Shown: positions 11,100 to 22,674 of the stretch, in pieces
Layout: every line of letters begins with the position of its first letter
How positions within the stretch are numbered: the stretch's first letter is position 1
Assembly: GCA_030390025.1 (NCBI GenBank)
Contig: CM059432.1
Coordinates: 50,594,001 to 50,658,000 of the forward strand
Source: Squalus acanthias
Taxonomy: Eukaryota
Length of the DNA: 64,000 nt
Reading direction: 5' to 3'
Position numbers and translations under genes: made by a program
Notes under the pieces: model-generated
Told to the model about the DNA's origin: nothing
What the model saw: only the letters and a program-made list of their open reading frames with translations
Database searches by the model: none

Positions 11100-13131
11100 G
11101 GCCTAGAAATTCCACACAGCTAAAAACCTGCCGATGCCACCGCGGGCCGCTCTTAACGGCTGCCGAAAATGATGGTGCTGGCAGGACTGGTAAATTGGTG
11201 CTGGTTACTAATTAACATTAGCCCAGTGCTAAACTTACTGTGTAAGACTGTTTTAGTGGTGTTCATCCCGGCAGGAGGCCCCAATGTAGTTCGGCCGTAG
11301 CGTCATTGCAGCAAGAACAGCCTTCTCTTAAAGTAAGGCTGTTATTTCAGAAAGCAGTTCAGTCCCTTAAACGGGAACTGCCTTCTGAAATGAAAAAAAT
11401 AAAAATCATTTTAAAAATAGGTAGTTTTTAGCCCTTACAGCTCAACTGCCTTCTGAAAAAAAAATTAACAGTAAAAAAAAAAAAATCCTAAATGGGAGTC
11501 TTCTGCTCTTAAAGCTGAATTGCCTTCCGCACCTAAAAATATGGTAAAAGTTCTTCAGCACTAATACAAATGGCTCAGCAAGCCAGGGAAGGGGCACCCA
11601 GGGTTTTGCACGCAGCACTCCAGGTTTGTGCAGGGGGTCAACACTGCAAGAGAGGTCCTCTACCCGCAGGGACCAGGAGGCCCTCCAGAAAGAACGATGA
11701 TGGACCAGATCACCGATGAGCCAGCAGTGTCACCCCCACCACCTGGCTCCAGTGCCCAAAGAAGCTTCATGACCTCAGACCAGTGGTCAAGGTCAGGGAA
11801 TGCATCTTCAAAAGCCGCCTCCTACCAACTGCACCACTAGCCTCACACACTGCTCAATGCATGACTCCGCCCCCGGCCCCACCCCACCAATCACTCACCA
11901 ACAATCTGTACCAAACACGAGGCACATTCCTAGCTTCACCTCACCCCCTTGGAGCAGATGGTGCTGGCCATTCTTGGCAGGGGCATAGCTGAGCCCTTTG
12001 GCCAGCAGCGGGGCTGAAAGGATACAAGATACTGGTATCCTCATACATTATCCTCCTTCTCGCATGCACCTCTTGCTTTCCCGCCCTTCCCCACCACAAC
12101 TCCACCCTTGTGCCTTCCTCATTTCACACACCCAAGAAATACAGCCTGCCCAGCTAGTGGTTGACCAAGAAGAGAGTGAAGAAAAAGCAGAAACACCGTC
12201 ATTCGATTTCACACTCCCAGCCACCAGCTCCTCAAGATCGACCAGCAAGGCCATTTGCAGTGTCCCCCACTGAAAGTCAGCAGCCTTTCACCAGCCATGC
12301 TGCAGTCACTGGGGTAGCACTGCGGTGACATCAGTAGGATAGGCAAAGGTACACACAAGACAGTCACTAAGGGAATGCATAAGGGTGATGAGTTGATTTC
12401 TTGATGTCATGTTGGATGGATGGATGTATAAAGTTGAATTGGAAAGTTTGCTTTTTGGTGGCTTTTATTTCAGCATTGTGGCCTATGATGGTCAGTAACA
12501 GAGAGAAGGTAAGGTGTGGGACTAATGTTGAAAGGGGAATTAGGGTTGTGGTCACTGGTACCACAGGCGGATGATTCTATCCCAGATAACCCAGCCAAAA
12601 AGGGGCTGTCTGGGTTGCATCCTTCCTTCGGCTTCCTCCTCTTCTGCGTCTTTTCCTCTGCAAGCGGATGCTGTAATTCTGAGATAAAAGCATAAAGTTT
12701 TCTGTCTTCTCAGAGGCCTTCCTTTACTATCCGAGACTTTCCAAGCGTCCAGCAGCACTCCCTGCACACTTAAAAAACGTATTGCACCAAGGCACTACTT
12801 CAATAAAATTTAAAAAAACAGTCCAAAAGCTTAAATGCAAACTTACCTGAAAGATGTGTGTGTTCCTTTAAGAAGTGCTGACAGCGTCTCTGTCAGTCTG
12901 CTGCATGCTCGGGTTTCAGAGTGAGCTTAGGACCCAGCGCTAAACTCATGCTAAGGTCCAAGTTCGCAGAGCGTGACATCACCTCTCGATATTTGCATGT
13001 CCAGGGCCAGCGCTGCTAACGGCCCTCACCCAAAATGGCGGCCGCCGACTTCCACGCCAGGGAAGGGCGTTAGAGTAGCAGCTGACATTTTTCACCAGGA
13101 TTGTGGCGATAATGTAGGGAATTTCTGGGCC
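11100..13131. mobile_element. PIF/Harbinger DNA transposon, internally deleted
   Basis: TIRs GGCCTAGAAATTCC and GGAATTTCTGGGCC. Myb/SANT-like remnant on + from ~11570 (MAQQAREGAPR...AREVLYP...TWLQCPKKLHDL). Transposase-like acidic C-terminus on - (~12552-12660, EEEEAEGRMQPRQPL...DRIIRL). TSD not clean. Confidence 0.7.
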
Positions 13132-13155
13132 ATTATGCTTACTGCTCTCCCCACC

Positions 13156-13468
13156 AGAATCACAGAATCCCCACAGTGCAGATCGAGGCCATTTCGGCCC
13201 ATCGAGCCTGCACCGACACATATCCCACCCTATCCCCGTAACCTCATGTATTTAATCCCCCCTAACACTAAGGGTCAATTTATCATAGCCAAATCAACCT
13301 AACCCACACATCTTTGGACTGTGGGAGGAAACCGGAGCACCCGGAGGAAACCCACGCAGACACGGGGAGAATGTGCAAACTCCACACAGACAGTCACCCG
13401 AGGCCGGATTCGAACCCGGGTCCCTGGCGCTGTGAGGCAACAGTGCTAACCACTATGCCACCGTGTAG
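13156..13468 (-). mobile_element. tRNA-derived V-SINE (HE1-like)
   Basis: Minus strand begins CACGGTGGCATAGTGGTTAGCACTG (A box) ... GGTTCGAATCC (B box), then the V-domain TGTGTGGAGTTTGCACATTCTCCCCGTGTCTGCGTGGGTTTCCTCCGGGTGCTCCGGTTTCCTCCCACAGTCCAAAGA, then a CR1-like tail ending GATTCTGTGATTCT. Confidence 0.85.
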
Positions 13469-14899
13469 CCTGTTAAACCACTGGGTTCAAAATTAAGAAC
13501 TGCCAAAAAAAAACTATTTCAGGGGAATAAAGATCCATGACCTGAGTAACAGGTTGAAATCACATGGGAATTGGCTCCAGACATCAGCCCTGACCAATGG
13601 TCATGCAATATATAAGTGGATAGCATGAGACACTACATACATTAATAGGAGACCCACAAGCAGAAATTCAAAGGGAGTTATTCCTTCTCAATTGTACTAT
13701 CTAAAGAAAATGATAGAAGGCCTTGTTTGTCCAGGTCACAGATCTATTTTAAGGAAACTACAACATGTGAAAGGCAAACATAGTTAACAATGGTAAATCT
13801 AAGATGTCAACTTACTTTGCCTCTGCCTGCAAAATTGACTACAAACACAACGTTCAAATCCTACACTATATTTGTCAGTGATAAAGTGGCAAAAACTCAC
13901 AACGAGAACATTCCATTGGTGAAGCACCCTCTCCTGGAGGACATGAACAGGGGAACGTTTTTCTCTGACCAGAGGAAAGAAATGGGAAACAAGAGGAATA
14001 AGACAATACTAGATGAATAAGTGGACATGATTTGGGTTGGAAACAAGATTTCTTTTGCCTAAAATAGTAACCGCTAACTGGAACAAAATGTACAGCATAT
14101 GGAAAACACTGGTTTCAGAATGAAGATCATAAACTCTAATCATACCACAGCACCAGTGTAGGATATCGTTGCCTGGGGAAGTGAAAGTATAGGAATAACT
14201 GCAGGAGACATACCCATGACATCAGGTGGCTTCTGAATATATGTGGTAAGTGCTTCCTAAAAATGACCTGTGTATTCTTCCCTCACAACTTAAAAAAGAG
14301 GGTCTTCCCAAAGGTTCAAATTGAATAAAATAGGCTTCAGTTTTACTCTTACCCCATGGGTAACATTGATGCACTCTATATTGCCAGCCACCACTAATAA
14401 GTGTAGCCTGTAGCTTCTATCTGGAAAGAGTCAAGAGGGAAACACACTGATCCATTTTATGTGCACACAGCTCATTTAAACTCTGGAAATAGCCACTAGG
14501 TTACTCACAACATAACAGATCAGGGTAGCAGGTCAGGATTACAGGTACCTGTTGATGCATGTGTCAGCATAGGGCTCTTGCCCTTGGGTTGAAAGGTATG
14601 GGTTTAAGGCCCACTCTGGTACTTGAGCAAATAATTTAAAGTGACACTCCAATGAAATACGGAAGGAGATAAGATGTTGAACTGATGCCCTGCCTATCTG
14701 TTCCAATGAATGTTAAAGACCCGAAGCACTATTTAAAGAAGAGCAGGGAATTCTCTGCGTCCTAGCCAATATTCATTCCTCCCTCAATTAACAACAGCAG
14801 AAACAGATTGATGCACCACTACCCCTCGTCATATCTTATTGATTGGAAAATGACTGCCTACTTAATTATAACTGTAATGGATTGGAGCATTTCTGAGAA

Positions 14900-15785
14900 A
14901 AGTCCTTGAACATGCTGTTGCCTCCCAAATCCGTGCACATCTTTCCCGCAACACATGTATGAACCTCACCAATCTGGTTTCAGCCCCTACCACAGCATTA
15001 ATCAAATTCACAAATTACATCCTCTGTGACTGTGGTGCACTATCCCACTTCATCCTTCTCGACCTATCTGCAGTCTTTGACACGGGTGACGAGACCATCC
15101 TCCTCCAATGCCTCTCCTCCATTGTCCAGCTGATCATGACTGCCCTCTCCTGGTTCCACTCTTACCTATCCAATCGTAGCCATGGCTTTTCTTCCCGCCC
15201 CCAAACCATTACCTCTGGAAGGGACCAAGGATCTATCCTTAGTCCACTCTTTTTTCTCATCTACATGCTGCTCCTCAGTGCCATCATCTGAAGACACGAC
15301 ATCAGGTTTCACATGCAGGTTGATGATATCCAGCTTTACCTCACCACTACCTCTTTCAACCCCTCCACTACCTGTGTTGTCAGACTGTTTGTATGACATC
15401 CAGTCCTGAATGAGATAACATTTCCTCCAATTAAACATTGGAAAGACCAAAGCCATTGTCGTTGGCTCCCGCCACAAATTTGGTTTCCTAGTCACCGATT
15501 CCATCCCCCTCCCTGGCCACAGTCTCAAGCTGAATCAGACTGTTTACAACCTCGGAGTCCTATTTGACCCTGAGCTGTTCTTCTGACCCAATAACCTCTC
15601 TGTCACAAAGACTGCCTTCTTCCACCTCTGTAATGTCGCCCGTTTCCACCCTTACCTCAGCTCATCTGCTACTGAAACATACATCCATGCTTTTGTTACT
15701 TCCAGACTTGACTATTCCGATTCTCTCCTGGCCGGCATCCCATCTTCCACCCACCATAGACTTTAGCTTATCCAGAACTCTGCTG
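14900..15785 (+). mobile_element. L2-clade LINE RT fragment (duplicated at ~23072-23957)
   Basis: ILLDLSAVFDTGDETILLQCL...ALSWFHSYLSNRSH...QGSILSPLFFLIYMLLL, a degenerate form of the L2 LLDLSAAFDTVDH...GVPQGSVLGPLLF motifs. Confidence 0.8.
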
Positions 15786-15842
15786 GGAGGGGACCAAGGA
15801 TAGATCTGACTGAGCAGTTGTAACTTGGAGGTGGCTCAGAAG

Positions 15843-16001
15843 CAGAGTTCCCGCACAGCCGTGCAGTGGTCTGAGAGGTCCTGCACAGGCCGTTCACCGG
15901 CTTTTATAATGTAGATACCGCGCATGTGCAAAAATTTGAATGGCCTGTGCATTGGAGGAGGCAGGTCACGTGGGCGGTATTGTAGCTTACGGGGGACATT
16001 G
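15843..16001. mobile_element. hAT-type MITE, diverged relative of 10079-10234 in opposite orientation (duplicated at 24015-24173)
   Basis: Internal sequence aligns by eye to the reverse complement of 10110-10220. Ends CAGAGTTCCC and GGGGACATTG; degenerate TSD CTCAGAAG/CTCAGTTG. Confidence 0.7.
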
Positions 16002-16127
16002 CTCAGTTGGTGTATAAAAGTAGAAGGGTCTGCTAAGGCACAGAGCTATGGCACAGAGCGCAACGATAACTGAGTGCATCGTAAACAGAGTGGAAAGTTG
16101 AGAATTTGGTGAGAGTGAGACTCTCTG

Positions 16128-17557
16128 ATAAGTTGGTATTGGGTACTGTGCAATGAGAAGGGGTTAATTAATAATCTTGTTGTGCGGGGTCCTTTAGGGA
16201 AGAGTGACCATAACATGATAGAATTCTTCATTAAGATGGAAAGTGAAGAAGTCCAATCTGAAACTAGGGTCCTAAATCTAAACAAAGGAAACTACGAAGG
16301 TATGAGGAGTGAGTTGGCTATGATAGATTGGGGAGCTTCATTAAAAGGCATGACGGTGGATAGGCAATGGCTAACATTTAAGGAACGAATGCATGAATTG
16401 CAACAGTTATACATTCCTTACTGGCGCAAAAACACAAAAGGAAAAGCGGCCCAACCATGGCTAACAAAAGAAATTAAGGATAGTATTAGATCCAAAGAGG
16501 AGTCATATAAAGTTGCCAGAAAAAGTAGCAAGCCTGAGGATTAGGAGCAGTTTAGAATTCAGCAAAAAAGGACCAAGAGACTGATTAAGAGGGGAAAAAT
16601 AGAATGAGAGTAAACTTGCAAGGAACATAAAAGTGGACTGTAAAAGCTTCTACAAGTTTGTAAAAAGAAAAAGATTAGTGAAGACAAATGTAAGTCCCTT
16701 ACAGTCAGAAATGGGAGAATTTATAATAGGGAACAAGGAAATGGCAGAGCAATTGAACAAATACTTCGGTTCTGTCTTCACGGAAGAGAACACAAATAAC
16801 TTCCCAGAAATGCTAGGGAACCAAGGGTCTAGTAAGAAGGAGGAATTAAAGGAAATTAGTATTGGCTGACTGTTCTTAAAGTAGATAAATCACCAGGAGC
16901 GGATGGGATGCATCCTAGGATGCTGAGGGAATTGAGGACGGAAATCACAGAGGTACTGGCCATAATATTCCATCCTCCATGGATACAGGAGTGGTGTCAG
17001 AGGACTGGAGAATCGCAAATGTTACACGCTTGTTCAAAAAAGAGTGTCACGATAAACCCAGCAACTACAGGCCAGTCAGTTCAACCTCGGTAGTGGGGAA
17101 GCTTTTAGAGATAGTAATCAGGAACAAAATTAACAGTCACTTGGACAAGTGTGGATTAATTAAGGAAAGCCAGCACGGATTTGTTAAAGCCAAATCGTGT
17201 TTAACCAACTTGATCGAGATTTTTGATGAGGTGACAGAGAGGGTTGATGAGGGCAATGCGGTTGACATAGTGTACATGGATTTCCAAAAGGCATTCGACA
17301 AATTGCCACATAATAGGCTTGCCAGAAAAGTTGAAGCCCATGGAATAAAAGGGACAGTGGCAGCATGGATACGAAATTGGCTAAGTGACAGGAAACAGAG
17401 AATAGTGGTGAATGGTTGTTTTTTGGACTGAAGGAAGGTATACGGTGGTGTTCCCCAGGGGTCGTTTCTGGGACCACTGCTTTTCTTGATATATATTAAT
17501 GACTTGGACGTGGGTGTACAGGGCAAAATTTCAAGATTTTCAAATGACACAAAACTG
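16128..17557 (+). mobile_element. CR1 ORF2 internal fragments (duplicated at ~24300-25729)
   Basis: GPLGKSDHNMIEF, PWLTKEIK, YFGSVFT, DWRIANVT...NYRPVS, DFQKAFDKLPH. Confidence 0.93.
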
Positions 17558-17559
17558 AA

Positions 17560-20170
17560 TTGTTACAGCACAGTAGGAGCACTTTAGCAATCCCAATCCC
17601 CCGCCCTTTCTCCATAGCCCTGCAAATTCTTTTCCTTCAGGTACTTATCTAATTCCCTTTTGAAAGCCACGATTGAGTCTGCCTCCACCACCCTTTCAGG
17701 CAGTGCATTCCAGATCATAACCATTCGCTGCGTAAAAAAGTTTTTCCTCATGTCGCCTTTGGTTCTTCTGCCAATCACCTAAATCTGTGTCCTCTGGTTC
17801 TCGACCCTTCCGCCAATGGGAACAGTTTCTCTCTATCTACTCTGTCTAGACCCCTCATGATTCTGAACACCTCTATCAAATCTCCTCTCAATCGTCTCTG
17901 CTCTAAGGAGAACAACCTCAGCCTCTCCAGGCTTTCCATGTAACTGAAGTCCCTCATCCCTGGAATCATTCTTGTAAATCTTTTCGACACCCTCTCTAAA
18001 GCCTTCACATCCTTCCAAAAGTGTGGTGCCCAGAATTGGACACAATACTCCAGGTGAGGCCGAACCAGTGTTTTATAAAGGTTCATCATAACTTCCTTGC
18101 TTTTGTACTCTATGGGCTAGATCTTGCCAGCCCTGGGGAGGCGAGTTTGGAGGTGGGACTGCCGGGAAAATGGCAGAATCTGGGGGCGGGTGCCCAACCC
18201 ACCTCCATGCCATCTTGCCAGGAGGCGGGTAGCCGTCCCGCACCGGGTCTCCTCTCCTTGGAGGCGGGAAGGGATTACAGCCACTTAACTGCCTGTTAAC
18301 AGGTAGTTAACAGGCAGAAAATAGGATTATCCCCTTTTTGCCCAAACAAGTGTGGGCTTCCCGAAGGCTCCGAAACCCACCAGGGTCACTGAGGCGAGTA
18401 GTGGGTCTGCGGGGGTCGGAGGGGTCCAAAAGTGTGCTGTGGAGGTGAGTGATGGGTGCAAGTGTGGAGAGCTGAGTATCTGAGGTAAGTGCAAAGTGTT
18501 AGAAAAAGTGTACTTACCTTTGTTTCTTCCTGCAGGCTTCAGTCAGTGGGTATGCGGAGAGTCTCGCACCTCCGCGGAAGAGATGACAGATGGCCGTTGC
18601 ATTCTCCAATGCAACAACCATCTAATTTCTACAAAAGAAAGATGTTTGATGAGGTCTTGAATTCAAGAACTCTTCAAAATACAGAGAATGTCAGTGTTTG
18701 ACAGCTTCACAGAGCTGGCAAATGATGACAATTCATCTGTGAAAAATTTTTGACAGATGAAACGTCATACGTTGACGTTCTCTGTAACCGGCTTTCCCTT
18801 AATTGACCTGCTAAGCCCGCCAGGCGGCTTAACAAGGCCAAGCAAGGGAAAATAGCGTGGGTTGGCCAAAAGTTGATGGAGACGGGACTGAAACCCGACA
18901 AGTGAGAGCCCCGCCTCCAAAAGCTTCCCATTGGCAAAATCCAGCCCTATGTGTCTATTTATAAAGCCCAAGATCACATATGCTTTTTAAACTGCTTTCT
19001 CAACCTGTCCTGCCACCTTCAACGATTTGTGTACATACACCCCCAGGTCTCTCTGTTCATGCACCCCCTTTAGGATTGTACCCTTTAGTTTATATTTCCT
19101 CTCCTCACTCTTTCTACCAAAATGTATCACATCGCTCTTTTCTGCGTTAAACTTAATCTGCCACGTGTCCGCCCATTCCACCAGCCTGTCTATGTCCTCT
19201 TGAATTCTATCCCTATCCTCTTCACTGTTCACTATACTTTCAAGTTTTGTGTCATCCACAAATTTTGAAATAGTGCCCTGTATACCTAAGTCCAAATCAT
19301 TAATATATATCAAGAAAAGCAGTGATCCTAATACTGACCCCTGGGGAACACCACTGTATACCTTCCTCCAGTCCGAAAAACAACCGTTCACCACTACTCT
19401 CTGTTTACTGTCACTGCCAATTTCATATCCATGCTGCCACTGTCCCTTTTATTCCACGAGCTTCAACTTTGCTGGCCAGCCTATTATGTGGCACTTTATC
19501 AAACGCCTTTTGGAAGTCCATGTACACCACATGAACCGCATTGCCCTCATCAACCCTCTCTGTTACCTCATCAAAAAATTAAATCAAGTTAGTTAAACAC
19601 GATTTGCCTTTAACAAATCCGTGCTGGCTTCCCTTAATTAGTCCACACTTGTCCAAGTGGCTGTTAATTTTGTCCCAGATTATCGTTTCTAAAAGCTTCC
19701 CCACCGCCGAGGTTAAGCTGACTGGCCTGTAGTTGCTGGGTTTATCCTTACACCCTTTTTTGAAGCAGTTGTAATTCTCCATTCCACTGGCACCACCCCC
19801 ATATCCAAGGAAGTTTAGAAAATCAGGGCCAGTACCTCCGCAATTTCCACCTTTACTTCCTTCAGCATCCTAGGATGCATCCCATCCGGTCATGGTGACT
19901 TATCTACTTTAAGTACAGCAAGCCTTTTTAGTACCTCCTCTTTATCAATTTTTATCCCATCCAGTATCTCAACTACCTCCTCTTTCACTATGACTTTGGC
20001 AGCACCTTCTTCCTTGGTAAAGACAGATGCAAAGTATTCATTTAGTACCTCAGCTATGCCCTCTGCCTCCATGCATAGGTCTCCATTTTGGTCCCTAATC
20101 AGCCCCACCCCTCCTCTTACTACTTGTTTACTATTTATATGCCTATAGAAGAGTTTTGGATTCCTTTTTA
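17560..20170 (-). mobile_element. CR1 LINE interrupted by a MITE (duplicated at ~25732-28342)
   Basis: Minus ORFs 19890-20201, 19579-19782, 18987-19394 (GVPQGSVLG, KFVDDTKL), 17775-18089 and 17584-17778. Confidence 0.95.
18114..18947. mobile_element. Harbinger-type MITE, 834 bp
   Basis: Ends GGGCTAGATCTTGCCA and TGGCAAAATCCAGCCC, TSD TAT/TAT. Splits the host CR1 sequence ...GTACTC-TAT-G... Confidence 0.88.
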
Positions 20171-20429
20171 TGTTTTTATTAATTAGTTTAAAATAAACCA
20201 AGTGAATTAGTTACGTCAACTTTAATTAATTAAATTTATAAAACAAGGTTAGATAGAGATGGCAGTGCAGGAGGTGTGCCGCATCAACAACATGTGGGAG
20301 TTTGTGGAGAGCAGAATGATCCCAGGCAATCACATCTGTAGTAAGTGTGGAGGCCTTTGCCATGTCCAACAGGTACGGGTTACTTGCTACCGGTGTGGAT
20401 GAGAACAAAGACTGCAAGGAGGATGGGTA

Positions 20430-21394
20430 AATTGAAAATAGAATACGAGAGTAAACTAACAAGAAATATAAAAACAGATTGTAAGAGCTTTTACAAGTAT
20501 ATACAAAGGAAGAGATTAGTGAAAGTAAATGTGGGTCCCTTGGAGGCAGAGACAGGAGAAATTATAATGGAGAATAAGGAAATGGCAGAAACGTTAAACA
20601 AATATTTTGTGTCTGTCTTCACAGTAGAGGGCACAAAGAACTTACCAGAAATTGTGGGGAACCAAGGGTCTAATGAGAGTGAAGAACTTAAAGTAATTAA
20701 TATCAGTAAAGAAAAAGTACTGGAAAAATTATTGGGACTAAAAGCTGAAAAATCCCCTGGACCTGATGGCCTACATCCTAGGGTTCTAAAAGAGGTGGCT
20801 GCAGAGATAGTGGATGCATTGGTTTTGATCTTCCAGAATTCCCTAGATTCTAGAACGGTCCCCATGGATTGGAAGGTAGCAAATGTAACGCTGTTCAAGA
20901 AATGAGGGAGGGAGTAACCAGGGAAACAATGAGAGGCCAGTTAGCCTGACACCAGTAGTAGGCAAAATGCTAGACTCCCTATTATTAAAGACATGGTAAC
21001 AGAGCATTTGGAAAATCACAATATGATTAGGCAGTTTTGGTCTTCTTACCTAAGGAAGGATATAGTTGCCTTAGAGGGGGTGCAATGAAGGTTCACTAGA
21101 TTGATTCCTGGGATGAGAGGGCTGTCCTATGAGGAGAGATTGCGTAGAATGGGCCTATATTCTATGGAGTTTAGAAGAATGAGAGGTGATCTCATTGAAA
21201 CGTATAAAATTCTTAGAGGGCTTGACAGGGTAGATGCTGCGAGGCTGTTTTCCCCTGGCTGGAGAGTCTAGAACTAGGGGTCATAGTCTCAGGATAAGGG
21301 GTCGGCCATTTAGGACTGAGATGAGGAGAAACTTCTTCACTCAGAGGGTTGTGAATCTTTGGAATGTTCTAACCCAGAGGGCTGTGGATGCTCA
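20430..21394 (+). mobile_element. CR1 fragment with a large internal deletion (duplicated at ~28602-29566; 3' end resumes at 31324)
   Basis: KIEYESKLTRNIKTDCKSFYKY...SPGPDGLHPRVLKE, then a jump at ~21030 to the C-terminal QFWS...RGDLIETYK region. Confidence 0.92.
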
Positions 21395-22674
21395 GGGCTG
21401 GATTTTCCCTGCGGAGGCAGGATGGCGGCAGGAGAGCTAGTTGGCGGCTTCCGGTCCCGCTCCCGTATGCAGCCGCGCTCTGAAAAAAGATTTTCTGTAG
21501 CTTGGCCTTGTTAAGCCCGCCCTGCGGGGTTCCTGGCCAATTAACAGGAAGCGGGTCTGATGACGTCATTTGATGACGCATCATCAGCCGGTTTCCTTAA
21601 AGGGACCACGGACACATTGATATTGACAGTTGTGCTGTCAGTGTTCTGCGGCATTGAGCTGCTGCAAATACTGACAAGCACTGCACAAAGGTGCACGGCT
21701 GCACCCAGGCTCACACATGACTCCCTCCATATGCTTATGGAGGGAGTCACAGCATGCAGGGAGATTCTCTTCCCTTCCCATGGGCGGAAGAGACCTCCCC
21801 AGGTGATCAACGCAATCTGATTGCACATTGCACAGGAGGGCACAAGCAGGGATGTCGTCAGGAAGACCAGGCTGCAGTGGCACCAACCTTTCAATGATCT
21901 CAGTAGATCTCGACACGTTACTGCAAAGCCACACTCAACCTCACCCTGCTGTGCCACTCATCACATCCCCATCACTCTGCCTTTCATACCCTACTCCTGC
22001 ACATCCTTACTCACACCAACTTACCTTGCACCTCCACCCATCCCTCTCTATCTACGTTATCACTTCCCCATCTCACTAGCCACCCCTCACACTCACCCTA
22101 CTGCAAGCATACCAACTAACAACACACAAAGGTAGGCACTTGAGAGGTTTAGCCTATGTTCCTGTGAAGTTTCTGTTAATGTGTTGTCATCCATTGAAAT
22201 CTATATTTTCAACACTTCACCTTATTGAACAGATTTGTGCGCACCTTGAGAAGTGTCTTACTGAGTTCAAGTGAATGTTGAGACATAACTCCCCCCTCCG
22301 CTATTGTGATGAGTGTGAATGGAAAGACTTCGACATTATAGGGGTGCTTTATGGTGCTGGTGTGGGATGGTATCAACCTGGCGCATCATGTGGCAGCAGG
22401 GTGCACAGCGTCAAGTGAAGTAAATCTGGCCATGGTGATGCCATCACTGGCCTCCCGGGCAGCAATGTTGTCAGGTGCTGATGCCCTGTGTCCTGTGCAG
22501 CATCAGGTGATGGCGGAGAGGTTGGTGTTGTTGTTGGTGATGCTGGTGATGTTGGTGTTGGGGCTGATCGTGGAAGGATTCAGCGGACCAAGGTGTGATT
22601 TTTTTCAAGGGCACCAATGTTGCTGGAATTGATGGCAGCTGCAGTTGAGATGACAGAAGCGATCTGTCAATGGT
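21395..22674. mobile_element. Harbinger element truncated by the duplication junction
   Basis: Same as the first ~1.28 kb of 29567-31323; right TIR absent. Confidence 0.85.

Larger units (their letters stand above)
14502..22674. repeat. 8.17-kb tandem duplication, copy 1
   Basis: Sequence from TACTCACAACATAACAG (14502) recurs at 22674, offset 8172. ORF translations repeat at +8172, or at +8171 after a 1-bp indel. Confidence 0.98.

Noticed and set aside
13314..13496. tRNA gene or 60-aa ORF
   Set aside because: The A and B boxes belong to a SINE head followed by a V-domain and LINE tail; the ORF is antisense SINE sequence.
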